A DNA stretch of 64,000 bases from Bacilli bacterium (lineage in GTDB: Bacteria; Bacillota_I; Bacilli_A; RF39; UBA660). Every line of letters begins with the position of its first letter. Position 1 is the first letter of the stretch. Where the stretch lies: positions 12,049 through 76,048 of the forward strand of contig JAFXXX010000003.1 in NCBI GenBank assembly GCA_017542065.1, read 5' to 3'. Below, one piece after another: positions 18,718 to 29,279 of the stretch. Below the pieces are notes generated by a model. The model was given only the letters and a program-made list of their open reading frames with translations, had not been told where the DNA came from and did no database searches. A program made the position numbers and the translations under genes.

Positions 18718-20883
18718 TTATTCCTTATCTTCTTTTTTAGGTTCTGGATTTAATGCTTCTTTTCTAGAAAGATTTAATTTACCTCTCTTATCAAATCCAG
18801 TTGCTTTAACTAAGATTTCATCTCCTACTGAAACTACATCAGATGGTTTTTCAACTCTTTCATTTGCAAGTTGAGATACATGTACAAATCCATCTAATCC
18901 ATCCCATAAGTTAACAAAGCATCCATAGTCTTCAACTTTTACTACTTTACCTTCATAAATCTTACCTATTTCAACTTCTTTAACACAGTTAAGAATCATT
19001 TCTTTAGTTCTATTAATTACATCTCTATCAGTATGATAAATAATTACTCTTCCGTCATCATCAATATCTACTTTAACAGCATTTATATCACTAACAGAAT
19101 TTACATTAGAAGCTTCTAATATAATCTTAGTAATCATTTCTCCACCCTTACCAATAACATCTTTAATTCTTGCAGGATTAATCATAAATGTATCAGTCTT
19201 AGGAGCATACTTAGAAACGTCTTCTCTAGGTGCTGGAATTTGTTTTTCCATAACATCTAGTATTTCAAATCTAGCTTTTTTAGCTTGAGCTAAAGCTTCT
19301 TTTAATATTTGTTTTGTAATACCTTTAATCTTGATATCCATTTGTAGTGAACAAATACCTTTTCTTGTTCCACCTACTTTAAAGTCCATATCACCAAGGT
19401 GATCTTCCATACCTTGGATATCTGTTAAGATTGTATAATCTTTTCCATCAGCAGATGTAATAAGACCCATAGCAATACCAGCTACTGGAGCTTTAATTGG
19501 AACACCAGCAGCCATTAATGACATACAACCAGCACAGATAGTAGCTTGTGAACTAGATCCATTAGATTCTAATATTTCAGAAACTACTCTAACTGTATAT
19601 GGGAACTCTTCTTCAGATGGCATAACTTGTTTTAAACATCTTTCACCAAGAGCACCATGTCCAATTTCTCTTCTTCCTGGACTTCCATATCTTCCTGTTT
19701 CTCCAACTGAGAATTGTGGGAAGTTATAATGTAACATAAAATGTTTTTCAGCTTCTAAGCTTAATCCATCTAATGCTTGATATTCATTTAATGCACCAAG
19801 AGTAGTAACAGCTAATGCTTGAGTTTCTCCTCTTGTAAATACTGCAGAACCATGAGTTCTAGGTAGTACATCTATTTCAGTAGATAATGGTCTAATTTCA
19901 TCCATCTTTCTACCATCAGATCTAGTCTTTTCATTAACAGTAATAGATCTAAATAAATCATATTCAATTGATTCAAGAACTAATTTAACTTTAGTAATTA
20001 ATTCAACTAATTCATCTTTATCTAAATCAGCATTTTCTTCTTCATATTTAGCTACTACTTCAGCTTTAACATTATCAATAGCTTCATATTTAGCTAATTT
20101 TTCCTTTATTCTTAAAGCTGCATCTAATTTATCTGATGCTAACTCTTTAACTTCATTTCTTAGTTCATCTGAAATATCAAGATGTTCATATTCCATCTTT
20201 TCTTGTCCAATTTCAGATATTATCTTTTCTTGGAACTCACATAATTCCTTAACAGCTTCATGACCAAACATTAATGCATCTAACATATCTTCTTCAGATA
20301 CTTCTTTAGATCCAGCTTCAACCATGTTGATAGCTTCTTTAGTACCAGCTACTGTTAAATCTATATCAGATACTTCTAGTTCTGCAGGAGTTGGGTTAAT
20401 AACAAATTCTCCATTAACTCTACCAACTTTAACACCAGCTATTGGTCCATCAAATGGAATCTTAGAGATTGATGTACAAAGTGATGATCCAAACATTGCA
20501 GCAAGTTCTGGTGAATAATCAGGATCAACTGATAATACAGTATTAACAACTTGTACTTCATTTCTAAAGTCTTCTGGGAACATAGGTCTCATAGGTCTAT
20601 CAATCATTCTAGCAGCTAATGTAGCAGCATCTGTTGGTCTACCTTCTCTTTTAATAAATCCACCAGGTATTTTACCTACTGAATATAACTTTTCTTGGTA
20701 TAAAACCATTAATGGAAAGAAATCACTAAGTATATTAGCATTTGGTGAAACTACTACTGTAGATAGTATTACAGTATCACCATATCTAACTAAAACACTA
20801 CCATGTGCTTGTTTAGCATACTCTCCATTCTCAACAATTAACTTTCTTCCACGAAAGTCCATTTCAAAAATTCTCTTACTCAT
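18718..20883 (-). CDS. pnp: Polyribonucleotide nucleotidyltransferase (PNPase)
   Basis: Two RNase PH domains plus KH and S1 ([18 protein letters not shown]). Conserved rpsO-pnp linkage. Confidence 0.96.
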   Translation of the reverse strand: MSKRIFEMDFRGRKLIVENGEYAKQAHGSVLVRYGDTVILSTVVVSPNANILSDFFPLMVLYQEKLYSVGKIPGGFIKREGRPTDAATLAARMIDRPMRPMFPEDFRNEVQVVNTVLSVDPDYSPELAAMFGSSLCTSISKIPFDGPIAGVKVGRVNGEFVINPTPAELEVSDIDLTVAGTKEAINMVEAGSKEVSEEDMLDALMFGHEAVKELCEFQEKIISEIGQEKMEYEHLDISDELRNEVKELASDKLDAALRIKEKLAKYEAIDNVKAEVVAKYEEENADLDKDELVELITKVKLVLESIEYDLFRSITVNEKTRSDGRKMDEIRPLSTEIDVLPRTHGSAVFTRGETQALAVTTLGALNEYQALDGLSLEAEKHFMLHYNFPQFSVGETGRYGSPGRREIGHGALGERCLKQVMPSEEEFPYTVRVVSEILESNGSSSQATICAGCMSLMAAGVPIKAPVAGIAMGLITSADGKDYTILTDIQGMEDHLGDMDFKVGGTRKGICSLQMDIKIKGITKQILKEALAQAKKARFEILDVMEKQIPAPREDVSKYAPKTDTFMINPARIKDVIGKGGEMITKIILEASNVNSVSDINAVKVDIDDDGRVIIYHTDRDVINRTKEMILNCVKEVEIGKIYEGKVVKVEDYGCFVNLWDGLDGFVHVSQLANERVEKPSDVVSVGDEILVKATGFDKRGKLNLSRKEALNPEPKKEDKE

Positions 20884-20944
20884 CTTTTTTCCTCTTTCTT
20901 AAATCCTCTTTCTTTTTTCCTCTTACAAAGACTATTCTATCACA

Positions 20945-20976
20945 AAACAAAAGAAAAAACACTATAAAAGTGTTTT
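20945..20976 (-). terminator. rpsO terminator / pnp leader hairpin
   Basis: Minus strand: aaaacact-tttat-agtgtttt overlapping the rpsO stop, followed by a T-rich tract. Confidence 0.5.
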
Positions 20977-21244
20977 ATTTTCTTAAACCTAACTTATTAA
21001 TAATTTCTCTATATCTATTAACATCAGTTCTCTTTAGATATTCAAGCATATTTTTACGTTTACCAACTTTTCTTAGTAAACCTCTTTTTGAATGGAAATC
21101 ATGAATATTAACTTTTAAATGTTCAGTTAAAGTATTAATTTCTTCAGTTAATAAAGCAATTTGTACTTCAGCAGAACCAGTATCTTTATCATTTAATCCA
21201 TACTTTTTAATTATTTCAACTTTCTTTTCAGCTTTTAATGCCAT
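20975..21244 (-). CDS. rpsO: 30S ribosomal protein S15
   Basis: [16 protein letters not shown]...[10 protein letters not shown]...R. The ATG at 21244 has AAGGAG upstream, and the longer 113-aa ORF start is rejected. Confidence 0.93.
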   Translation of the reverse strand: MALKAEKKVEIIKKYGLNDKDTGSAEVQIALLTEEINTLTEHLKVNIHDFHSKRGLLRKVGKRKNMLEYLKRTDVNRYREIINKLGLRK

Positions 21245-21328
21245 AATAAATTTCTCCTTTCTTATAATTCGCCATATACTTAGTTGTAGGTTGGAGTTTC
21301 CATACACCAAGCACAAGGTACGTAATAA

Positions 21329-21356
21329 ATTATATCATAAAACTCTTATAAATCAA
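21329..21356 (-). promoter_or_regulatory. Sigma-A-type promoter upstream of rpsO
   Basis: Minus strand: TTGATT (21356-21351), 16-nt spacer, TATAAT (21334-21329). Confidence 0.5.
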
Positions 21357-21994
21357 GAGTTTTTGTATACTTTTTTACCATGACCTGCTTTAGAAGGAAT
21401 AAACTCCCCTTCTTTATAATCGAAGTTATTATCCCTTTTAGTTCTATATGTTTCTTGTAATCCATATTCACAGACTAATCTTAAAGTCATCATAATATAT
21501 CTTCTAGTAGCTCTATCATATTCACCATTATTAACTATATCTACTATTCTTTCTAATTTTGCAAAAATAGATTCTGCTTTTTTGTCCTTATCTACGTCTT
21601 TTTTAATTTCTCCTCTAATAATAGGTCCGATAGTATCATACATTTTTAATATATCATGATACTTTTCATCTTTTTGAAGTATGTTATCTCTAAATCCTCT
21701 AAGACCATTCATTGTAGGATCATCATCAGGTTTTCCTAAAATTTCACATGTTACTGTTGTTATAAAACAAAAACTAGTACTAAATGTATCAGATGGTATT
21801 TCAGGAAAATCTTTTACAAGAGACCCTGTTTCCTTATTCTTTTTAAACACAGGACATCTAGATTGATAAAGATCATTATAGCAAAGATTATCAACATATT
21901 CTTGAGGAATATATTGCTTTTCATCAGTTAGTTTACAATAATAACATGTACTAAGTTTTTTTCCACTATCTTCACAATGTTCACACCAAGACAT
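21353..21994 (-). CDS. Cys-rich hypothetical protein (CxxC pairs plus CFITTVTC...LRGFRDN motif)
   Basis: N-terminal CEHC..CYYC. The central CFITTVTCEILGKPDDDPTMNGLRGFRDNIL resembles a conserved clostridial family of unknown function that I recall but cannot name. Confidence 0.5.
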   Translation of the reverse strand: MSWCEHCEDSGKKLSTCYYCKLTDEKQYIPQEYVDNLCYNDLYQSRCPVFKKNKETGSLVKDFPEIPSDTFSTSFCFITTVTCEILGKPDDDPTMNGLRGFRDNILQKDEKYHDILKMYDTIGPIIRGEIKKDVDKDKKAESIFAKLERIVDIVNNGEYDRATRRYIMMTLRLVCEYGLQETYRTKRDNNFDYKEGEFIPSKAGHGKKVYKNS

Positions 21995-22050
21995 AAAAAA
22001 TCACCCTTTTTCTAGGTGATTATATTAACACTTTAATAATATATAGTCAA

Positions 22051-22443
22051 TTATTTATAAATTACTTCTAGAATACTCACTCTAGCCGCTATTAAACCCA
22101 TACGAGCAGTACATAATACTTCAACCGATTCATGAGATTCAGTTAATTCTACATCTTGTCTAATATTTCCATCTGCGCATACAAATTCAACCGCATGACT
22201 ACCAACTGTTACTTCTTTTTCTAAAGAAATTCCATTAGTTAATTGGCCAATCTTTTCACCATCAATATATACAGGAAATGGAATAGCACATCCCATTGCT
22301 CTTTTCTTTCTAGTAACTATTATTTTAACAGTTTTGCCTGAATTAGTAGATTTACTACTTGATACTTTAGATCCACACTCAGTACAAAAACTATCTCCAG
22401 TATTTAATTTATTTCCACAATTTGTGCAAAACATTTTTATCAC
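22051..22443 (-). CDS. Zinc-ribbon domain protein
   Basis: N-terminal CTNCG..x10..CTECG zinc ribbon. Confidence 0.6.
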   Translation of the reverse strand: MIKMFCTNCGNKLNTGDSFCTECGSKVSSSKSTNSGKTVKIIVTRKKRAMGCAIPFPVYIDGEKIGQLTNGISLEKEVTVGSHAVEFVCADGNIRQDVELTESHESVEVLCTARMGLIAARVSILEVIYK

Positions 22444-22484
22444 CTCTATAAATAATTATAACAAAAAAAGAGTGTTAATACACT

Positions 22485-22805
22485 CTATTTTCTCTTAACT
22501 AATATTCTAATAATATAGAATAATAATATTGCATATAATATAAACATTGCCCAGTTAATAATTAAATAAATTACTCCATGAGTTCCTGTATATCTTCCTA
22601 CCATAGATACTACTGATGCAGGAATATATTTATTAATAATATTACTAACATCTTTTAAATGTAGATTATCTGCTAAAAAGTGAAATAATCTAAATAAGAT
22701 ATCTAAAGCACATACTGCATATACAAATGATGAGAATCTTCTAAAGAAGAATACAACTGCAATTATTATTAATACTATTACAATTAAATCTATATACATA
22801 CACAC
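22485..22805 (-). CDS. Small integral membrane protein
   Basis: Three hydrophobic segments in 106 aa. No family recognised. Confidence 0.45.
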   Translation of the reverse strand: MCMYIDLIVIVLIIIAVVFFFRRFSSFVYAVCALDILFRLFHFLADNLHLKDVSNIINKYIPASVVSMVGRYTGTHGVIYLIINWAMFILYAILLFYIIRILVKRK

Positions 22806-22821
22806 TACCTCTAATATTATT

Positions 22822-23700
22822 TTATTTAGTTTCTAATATGTTTTCAATACTACTGTTAAATACCTTTACAGGTTTTACCGTATTATTATCTTGTTTATAT
22901 ATGGCTATCACGTTATTGTTATATGTGAATATAAACTCTGGATAATTATAAATATCTTCTAGTTTATTACCATTAGTTATTTTCTTTAATAACTCATTAT
23001 TATCTATTTCTACTTTAGGTAGATCTAGAACATCTATCATATTAAGTAACTTGTAATTTCCTTTTTCTATATCTTCTAAAGTATAGGATTCCTCTATAGT
23101 AAATTTACCTTGCTTAGTTCTTTCTAATTCTTCCATTACTCCAATAGTATTTAAGTTCTTACATATATCTCTAATTAAACTTCTAATATATGTTCCCTTA
23201 CTAACATGACATTTAATATAAAAACTGTTATCTTTTATATCACTAATTCTTTCTAATGAATAAATCTTTACTAAATGATGTGGAAGTTCTACTGGAATAT
23301 TATTTCTAGCATATTCATATAATTTCTTACCATTAACTTTAACAGCAGAATATATAGGAACTTCCATGTCATAATCCTGTGGAAACTCTCTTAAAACTCT
23401 ATCTATATCTTCATTAGTAACATTTACTTCCTTTGTTTCTAAAGTAGTACCTGTTATATCTAAAGTGTCAGTATTAATACCAAGTTTAACTTTAGCAATA
23501 TATTCTTTATCTAAAGAAGTAATATGATCTACTATCTTTAAAGAAGTACCTATGGCCACTACTAAAACACCTGTAGCCATTGGATCTAAAGTTCCAGTAT
23601 GTCCAACTTTTTTAGTATTAAAAATATGACATATTTTATTAACTACATCTCTACTTGTTAAATCTTTTTCTTTATTAACAACTATTATTCCATTCATCAT
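22822..23700 (-). CDS. truB: tRNA pseudouridine(55) synthase TruB
   Basis: GHTGTLDPMATGVL catalytic Asp motif, with typical length and position. Confidence 0.92.
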   Translation of the reverse strand: MMNGIIVVNKEKDLTSRDVVNKICHIFNTKKVGHTGTLDPMATGVLVVAIGTSLKIVDHITSLDKEYIAKVKLGINTDTLDITGTTLETKEVNVTNEDIDRVLREFPQDYDMEVPIYSAVKVNGKKLYEYARNNIPVELPHHLVKIYSLERISDIKDNSFYIKCHVSKGTYIRSLIRDICKNLNTIGVMEELERTKQGKFTIEESYTLEDIEKGNYKLLNMIDVLDLPKVEIDNNELLKKITNGNKLEDIYNYPEFIFTYNNNVIAIYKQDNNTVKPVKVFNSSIENILETK

Positions 23701-24515
23701 TTCATCACTAATCTTTTGTTACAAGGATATATCCAACAATCATCTTGTACAATTTTACATTTTTCAGCTATTTCTAAAACATCATTACCTAAATATTCAT
23801 TTTGAGCATTCTCTGTATATAATAATAATATTTTTTCTTTTAATGGTGATGGAACTTCTATTGCATCTAATACTCTAGAAACATAATGTGGTATATCATC
23901 CACTTTTTTTTCTAAAGATCCTAAATTTAAACCTATCGTATCAATAAGATAAAAACTTATTAATGATTTAATATCTAATTCTTTAGTATACATTCCATTA
24001 CTTCTATATTTTTCTAAAGATGCTGGTACTAAAGATTCTCTTATTGGTTTACTTTCTCCCATTTGAATACTATCAAAGCCTATTATTCTGATATTATCTT
24101 GTTTATCCACAAATACTTTATCTAGAAGTTCAGGGAATACTACATCTTGTCCTGCTTCTTTAACTATTTTTTCTAGTTTTAGGTATTTATATGCTAATCT
24201 ATACAAATTTTTTCTATAATCTGGTGACATACCTCTTTCATATTCACTGCTTGTTTTACCATCAATTTTATCCATAGTATAACCTACTAGATTATCATGA
24301 ACATATACTAATCCCTTTGGATCTACTACTCCATTAATACCTAATGGATTAGATAATTTTTCCTTCAATAATTCCTGATTGTCTTTTAAAGTGCTTTCTG
24401 AAAACACTTTAACAATTTGATGATTGTTTGTCTCATATATAAGACTCCCATTTTTAGATACTATTGGTTTTACTTGAATATTTAAATTCAAATCACATGA
24501 TTTAATAATTTCCAT
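23697..24515 (-). CDS. Hypothetical protein, possibly with a kinase-like fold
   Basis: Overlaps the truB start by 4 nt. VKVF / GYTMDKIDG / IRIIGFDS loosely resemble protein-kinase-like subdomains. Weak evidence. Confidence 0.35.
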   Translation of the reverse strand: MEIIKSCDLNLNIQVKPIVSKNGSLIYETNNHQIVKVFSESTLKDNQELLKEKLSNPLGINGVVDPKGLVYVHDNLVGYTMDKIDGKTSSEYERGMSPDYRKNLYRLAYKYLKLEKIVKEAGQDVVFPELLDKVFVDKQDNIRIIGFDSIQMGESKPIRESLVPASLEKYRSNGMYTKELDIKSLISFYLIDTIGLNLGSLEKKVDDIPHYVSRVLDAIEVPSPLKEKILLLYTENAQNEYLGNDVLEIAEKCKIVQDDCWIYPCNKRLVMK

Positions 24516-24568
24516 AGAACCCTCCTTTGCAAATATTATAACATAACATAATAAAAAGAGTAATTTTA

Positions 24569-25552
24569 TTACTCTTTTATTTCTAATACTCCATTTATAA
24601 ATGAATCTAAATCAGATACACTTCTATCATAATTAATTAAATAATTGTTGATAATAAGTGTATTATTATCTAATACTTTTACACTAAGATCTTTATAATT
24701 ATGTTCTCCAGCTACATTAACAGTTTCTAAATACTTATCTAGATTATCTATTTCATTAATAGTTATAAGTTCGTTATTTTGATTATAATAAACTAACTTT
24801 GTTAATGAATAATTATCTCTTAATTCTTGTGAATAAGTATTCAGTTTTAAATCTTTTATTTTTAAAGTTATTTTATCATCTAACTTAATATCACTATTAT
24901 AAGTAAAATAATAATTTGAATTATCTATATCTTCTATTTTAATAGATTTCTCTACTCTGCTAATTAACTTATTATATTCTTTTTCAGGATATTTTTCTTT
25001 ACTTAACAAGAATGGATATTCAACATATAAACTATATTTATCATTAATTACTTTATAATACTGTGCAGGATAAACACTAAGTTGAGATTTTCCTAATGAC
25101 TTCCATGTTTTATCACTAATATCTACTTCTTCACCATTTTTCAATATAGATACATTAATACTATAATACCTTAGATCATTACCTAGAACTACTAGTCTAA
25201 TAACATTATTATCTATTTGATATACATCTAAATAATTACTATCTATAGATAACTTAACATTATCAAAATAATAATTTACTTTAGATAACTTTATAAATAA
25301 ATCACTCTTTACATCATTAGTAGATGCTGTATAATTCTTATTTTTTACTACTTTAACAGTTCTTGTTTCATCATACATTAATTTATCATCTATTTGTTTA
25401 TTATTATAAACAAATGAAAATGAACCAGAAACATAAGTGTTACTAGGAGTATCATCTTTAAAATAACTCTTTATAATATAATATGAAAATACTAAGAATA
25501 ATACAACTATTATTAAAGTAAATAAATTTCTACTTTTATTATCTTGATTCAT
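24569..25552 (-). CDS. Membrane-anchored hypothetical protein
   Basis: I prefer the ATG at 25552 (AGGTGA upstream), because the longer ORF would run through the upstream terminator. N-terminal TM (LFTLIIVVLFLVFSYYII). Confidence 0.5.
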   Translation of the reverse strand: MNQDNKSRNLFTLIIVVLFLVFSYYIIKSYFKDDTPSNTYVSGSFSFVYNNKQIDDKLMYDETRTVKVVKNKNYTASTNDVKSDLFIKLSKVNYYFDNVKLSIDSNYLDVYQIDNNVIRLVVLGNDLRYYSINVSILKNGEEVDISDKTWKSLGKSQLSVYPAQYYKVINDKYSLYVEYPFLLSKEKYPEKEYNKLISRVEKSIKIEDIDNSNYYFTYNSDIKLDDKITLKIKDLKLNTYSQELRDNYSLTKLVYYNQNNELITINEIDNLDKYLETVNVAGEHNYKDLSVKVLDNNTLIINNYLINYDRSVSDLDSFINGVLEIKE

Positions 25553-25580
25553 GTTATCACCTACTAAAATTATATCATAA

Positions 25581-25616
25581 AAACAAAAAAATAAGAGCAA
25601 TTACTTTGCTCTTATT
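25581..25616 (-). terminator. Rho-independent terminator
   Basis: Minus strand: aataagagcaa-agtaa-ttgctcttatt followed by TTTTTTGTTT. The 5' arm overlaps the last codons of ORF 25601-26230. Confidence 0.7.
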
Positions 25617-26230
25617 TGTGACATGTAATTTCTTACTTTCATAGCCCAAGTATTAGACTCAGCATATTTAGGATTCATTTTCTCAGGTGTATCTAAACCT
25701 TGTGCATAATAACCAGCTAGGTTACTTACGAAGCTTGTCATACCATCTTCCATAGTATCCCATCTTCTATATGAACCTCCACCACAACTAGGTGATCCTT
25801 TTATACCGCCAACGTTATTACAGTTTCTAGTTAAAGAACTACATCCCCATTTACAACCTGTTTCAAGTAACATAATACCTAAAGCAACATATGGGTCTAC
25901 ACCTTTTTCAATACATAGATTAGCTAAGAATTCACCATAACCATCTATAGTATCAGGCATTGATCTTTCTAATTTTTCTCCTAACTCTTTTAAAGTCATA
26001 CCATCATATACGATTTGTCTAACTTCTAAGTTAGAGTCTTTACTCATCTTAGTATTAGTATCTACTACTAATTTTTCAGAGCCTGATAAATCAGCCTTTA
26101 ATAAAGCTAACTCTCTTGTATCGATGTTACCTAGAACAACTGCAAGAGATATTAAGAAAACCATGCAAATAGTAAAAACTACAATAATTTTTTTATCGAA
26201 TTTTTTTACTAATTTCATAGATTTTTTCAC
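25601..26230 (-). CDS. Secreted/anchored glucosaminidase-domain (lysozyme-like) cell-wall hydrolase
   Basis: N-terminal signal anchor. GVDPYVALGIMLLETG...NNVGGIKG resembles the glucosaminidase domain (LESgwG...NNlFGIK). Confidence 0.6.
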   Translation of the reverse strand: MKKSMKLVKKFDKKIIVVFTICMVFLISLAVVLGNIDTRELALLKADLSGSEKLVVDTNTKMSKDSNLEVRQIVYDGMTLKELGEKLERSMPDTIDGYGEFLANLCIEKGVDPYVALGIMLLETGCKWGCSSLTRNCNNVGGIKGSPSCGGGSYRRWDTMEDGMTSFVSNLAGYYAQGLDTPEKMNPKYAESNTWAMKVRNYMSQIRAK

Positions 26231-26319
26231 CTACTTCTCGCTTTTTTTAAAGCTCTTATATAATACCATATTTTAGCGTTTATGTCAAAAATAGACTATT
26301 AAAAAAACTAACTAAAAAG

Positions 26320-27300
26320 TTAGTTTTTAAACTTAATATAAAGCATTACTCCTGCTACTAAAATAGTTATAATAATCATAGAAATAATAACTATAGATGA
26401 ATAACCACTTTGGTTATTAGCAGTAAAATCATATTCTTCATTATCATCTTTAATATTAATATCTGAATAACTATCAAGAGATAGTGTTTGACCACTATTT
26501 TTAATATTAATTAAGTATTCAAACTTTCTATATTTCTTTTTAACTTCCTCTATTTCATTATTAGTTTGAAGGAATATTATAGAAACAAGATTATTATCTT
26601 TAACAGAATTTAATATACCATCAAATATAGATATTGCATTATCTACATCTGCTACTTTTATTAATTTAATATTATTACCAAGTATATTAAACCATTTAGA
26701 ATATTCACCAACATTATCATATAACTTAGTAATATTAAATGATACTCCAATAGATGTCTCTACTTTATCTTTTGGAAAATCATAATTCTTAAATAAAGTA
26801 TTTTTAGTATACATAATTAAATCTGATAAATGTTCTACTCTACTTCCATAATAAGAAGTACCTTTATCATTACTAGTATTTTCTATATATAAATTAATAC
26901 CATTAGATATTAATTGTGCATATCCATTTGATAATGTTCTAATATAATCTTCTTGTTCTTCTGATGTAGACCAATCATATAGATCAAGTGGTAATGTAGA
27001 TGCATCTATAATAGCATCGTGAAAACCTGCCCTAACTAGATCTATAACAGTATTAGTAAGAGCCTTTAAATTAGATAAATCATGTCTTAATGTAGGTAAA
27101 TGAAAATAAACTTTTCCATGATATACCTTTTTTAAATCTTCTATGTTAGATTCTTTACCATCTTTTCTAACAAATAATTCGGTGTATTTAGCAGATAATT
27201 TTTCTGATTTTTCACATTTATCTATATTAGATCCTTGTACTATATAATCACCAGTATAAGATAAACCTATATTCTTAAAATAATCCACATTTATCACCAC
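26320..27300 (-). CDS. Hypothetical protein with a C-terminal TM anchor
   Basis: ORF with a C-terminal hydrophobic segment (SSIVIISMIIITILVAGVMLYI). Confidence 0.45.
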   Translation of the reverse strand: MVINVDYFKNIGLSYTGDYIVQGSNIDKCEKSEKLSAKYTELFVRKDGKESNIEDLKKVYHGKVYFHLPTLRHDLSNLKALTNTVIDLVRAGFHDAIIDASTLPLDLYDWSTSEEQEDYIRTLSNGYAQLISNGINLYIENTSNDKGTSYYGSRVEHLSDLIMYTKNTLFKNYDFPKDKVETSIGVSFNITKLYDNVGEYSKWFNILGNNIKLIKVADVDNAISIFDGILNSVKDNNLVSIIFLQTNNEIEEVKKKYRKFEYLINIKNSGQTLSLDSYSDINIKDDNEEYDFTANNQSGYSSIVIISMIIITILVAGVMLYIKFKN

Positions 27301-27344
27301 CTACTATATAACTATATTATAAAATAAAATTATTTTTATTTCAA

Positions 27345-27370
27345 TTAAAAAAATAGAGGAAAACCTCTAT
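27345..27370 (-). terminator. Rho-independent terminator
   Basis: Minus strand: atagagg-tttt-cctctat followed by a T-run, overlapping the stop of the DnaD-like gene. Confidence 0.65.
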
Positions 27371-27996
27371 TCATTTAACCAATCATAATCATAGATTTCT
27401 TCTATTTTTTCTTCTTTTTCTTGCTTTCTTTTTATATCGCTAGCTTCTTTATAACCTTTTTTAGTCCATTCAAATAGAATCTTATCTATATATCTCATAT
27501 TATGAACTCCAGATAAAATAGCTTCTTTTAAAGCTTCTTTAATTAATTCTTCTGGAATATCACTTTCAATCCAATTACTAATAATTTCAGTTTCAGTAGG
27601 ACTAAGTGTTCTACCAAATTCTGATTCAAAGATAGAATATATATCATTACTACTCTCTTCATCTTTAGTAGATATAATCATACTTTCAATTTTATTAAAG
27701 AATAATTCTGTTGAAATGAATTCTTCGATAACTCCACTAGTTTTCTTCATTTCAATAGATATATAATTCTTTTCATTAAGAGAACTAATTAATTCTAGAA
27801 CTCTATTACTTTCTATATATAACTTAGAGGATAAATCATTAACATCAAATGCTACTAAATCTCTTTGATTAATTAAATAAACAAGTAAAATAAACTCATC
27901 CATTTCAAGATTAAGTTCACTTCTATATTTTAATAAATATTCAGGAATAATAATATTACCATTAACTTTTAAAGCATCTTTAAGTAACTTATTCAT
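27367..27996 (-). CDS. DnaD-domain replication protein
   Basis: The C-terminal FESEFGRTLSPTETEIISNWIE...ELIKEALKEA matches the DnaD/DnaB_2 domain pattern. N-terminal wHTH-like region. Confidence 0.7.
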   Translation of the reverse strand: MNKLLKDALKVNGNIIIPEYLLKYRSELNLEMDEFILLVYLINQRDLVAFDVNDLSSKLYIESNRVLELISSLNEKNYISIEMKKTSGVIEEFISTELFFNKIESMIISTKDEESSNDIYSIFESEFGRTLSPTETEIISNWIESDIPEELIKEALKEAILSGVHNMRYIDKILFEWTKKGYKEASDIKRKQEKEEKIEEIYDYDWLNE

Positions 27997-28030
27997 AATA
28001 AACCCTCCTTTTCTACATTATATACTATTA

Positions 28031-28819
28031 TTAGTTAGATTGTCTATATAACTCTATTACAGCTTTTTCTTTTCTAGTAAATGGATATTCTTCACTATAT
28101 TCTAATGAAGCCCATACATGTAAATAATCATCTGCATATATATTATTAACTATTTTTATAGATAATACCTCTTCTAAACCTAATTCTTTAATTAAGTTTA
28201 ATCCTCTTTGATAATTTATATCAGAAAATATCTTATCTAACTCTTGTTTCTTTCTAAAGAAAGATAAATTTCTAATTAATTCTTTATTAGCTATAATAGC
28301 ATTCTTAGTATTCTCATCTATAGTAAAACCTAGTAATGATGAAAATCTAATACATCTAAGCATTCTAAGAGCATCTTCTCTAAAAGATATATTAGGTTCT
28401 TTAACTGTTCTAATTATCTTATTATCTATATCTTCTTTAGCTCCTAATAAATCAATATATTTACCATTTCTATTAATACATAATGTATTAATAACAAAAT
28501 CTCTTCTTTGAAGATCTTCATCTAAAGTATCTACTCTTTCTTGAATATCAGGTTTTCTATTATCGACATAAGAATTGTCTTTTCTAAATGTAGTTATTTG
28601 AAATATATGTTCTTTATATTCAAGAATATATGACATAAATCCATTTTCTTTAACGTTATCAAATATATTTTGTAAATCTTTTAAATCAGCATTAGTTGTA
28701 ATATCTATATCATTACTCTCTTTTCCTAAATACATATCTCTAGGAAAACCACCAACTATATAAGCTTCAAACTTATGTTGAAACAATATACTTAATATTT
28801 CTAATCCTAATTCATACAT
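28031..28819 (-). CDS. Short tRNA nucleotidyltransferase/poly(A) polymerase family protein (CCA-adding head domain)
   Basis: GGFPRDMYLG..NDIDITT catalytic head and RRDFVINTL. At 262 aa it is shorter than the roughly 400-aa CCA enzymes. Confidence 0.7.
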   Translation of the reverse strand: MYELGLEILSILFQHKFEAYIVGGFPRDMYLGKESNDIDITTNADLKDLQNIFDNVKENGFMSYILEYKEHIFQITTFRKDNSYVDNRKPDIQERVDTLDEDLQRRDFVINTLCINRNGKYIDLLGAKEDIDNKIIRTVKEPNISFREDALRMLRCIRFSSLLGFTIDENTKNAIIANKELIRNLSFFRKKQELDKIFSDINYQRGLNLIKELGLEEVLSIKIVNNIYADDYLHVWASLEYSEEYPFTRKEKAVIELYRQSN

Positions 28820-28886
28820 AGTATCACCATATAAATATTATAGCACTAAAAAAGACATTTATAAAATGCCTTTTCTTTTATTATTA

Positions 28887-29162
28887 TTATTTATTAACAG
28901 CGTCTTTTAATTTAGAACCAACTTTGAATGTAACAGCTTTTCTTGCAGGAATCTTAACTGTAGCACCAGTTCTTGGATTTCTACCATTTCTAGCTTTTCT
29001 AGTTGATACTGCATAAGTACCAAAACCTGTTAAAGTAATTTTTTTACCACCTTTTAATGCTTTTGCAACAACTGTTTGGAATGCATTTAAAGCTCTTTCA
29101 GCGTCAGCTTTAGTAATTCCAGCTTCCTTAGCAATTGCTTCTACGATTTCTGATTTGTTCAT
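28887..29162 (-). CDS. hup: Histone-like DNA-binding protein HU
   Basis: MNKSEIVEAIA...GFGTY..R.ARNGRNPRTG. ATG at 29162, 9 nt after AGGAGG. Confidence 0.93.
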   Translation of the reverse strand: MNKSEIVEAIAKEAGITKADAERALNAFQTVVAKALKGGKKITLTGFGTYAVSTRKARNGRNPRTGATVKIPARKAVTFKVGSKLKDAVNK

Positions 29163-29279
29163 ATTCAAATTCCTCCTATTTTGAAATCATAAGCACATCT
29201 ATGCTTACAAGTTAAATATACCATTTTTTTGTTATAAAATCAACGTTTTTAAAGAAAAAAATGTGTTTTTAACACATTT

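Noticed and set aside
21245-21328. Structured S15 autoregulatory leader upstream of rpsO
   Set aside because: It is plausible by position, but I could find only 4-bp complementary stretches by eye, so a structure cannot be supported.
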